DNA from: Lophium mytilinum | Lineage: Eukaryota | Length of the DNA: 64,000 bases | NCBI GenBank assembly: GCA_010093605.1 | Contig: MU004184.1 | Span: 1,746,801-1,810,800, forward strand | Reading direction: 5' to 3' | Part shown: positions 63,971 to 64,000 of the stretch, piece after piece | Layout of the letters: each line of letters starts with the position of its first letter | Position numbering within the stretch: the stretch's first letter is position 1 | Program-made: the position numbers and the translations under genes | The notes under the pieces: generated by a model | Told to the model about the DNA's origin: nothing | Seen by the model: only the letters and a program-made list of their open reading frames with translations | The model's database searches: none

Positions 63971-64000
63971 TTCTAGGCGTGAAATCGCGGCTTTACTGCA

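Overview
Gene-dense, intron-rich DNA from a filamentous ascomycete (Pezizomycotina; Dothideomycete-like is my impression only). I read about 26 protein-coding loci by splicing the ORF fragments by eye. Housekeeping genes: Rab GGTase beta, DnaJ, eIF3b, BAR-PH-ArfGAP, M1 aminopeptidase, synaptojanin-like phosphatase, Rec8-type kleisin, Ubp6, ARPC4. Metabolic/accessory genes: zinc ADH, HSL-type esterase, Zn2Cys6 TF, two NmrA-like proteins, GH5 endoglucanase, MFS transporter, cupin. Several hypothetical proteins are also present. No rRNA, tRNA or CRISPR was seen. Less obvious structure: (i) two inverted, RIP-like diverged copies of a 175-bp LTR-like element whose shared ~44-bp companion segment lies on opposite sides in the two copies; (ii) a small spliced two-finger C2H2 gene only partly captured by the ORF track; (iii) a divergent RRM gene flanked by two different non-coding degenerate tandem arrays (109-bp and ~161-bp period, the latter with intron-like signals); (iv) recurring C-rich to G-rich skew switches independent of gene orientation; (v) a 22-bp hairpin, two probable pseudogenes, micro-exons and a GC-AG intron. 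Family assignments come from motif recognition and memory, not database searches.
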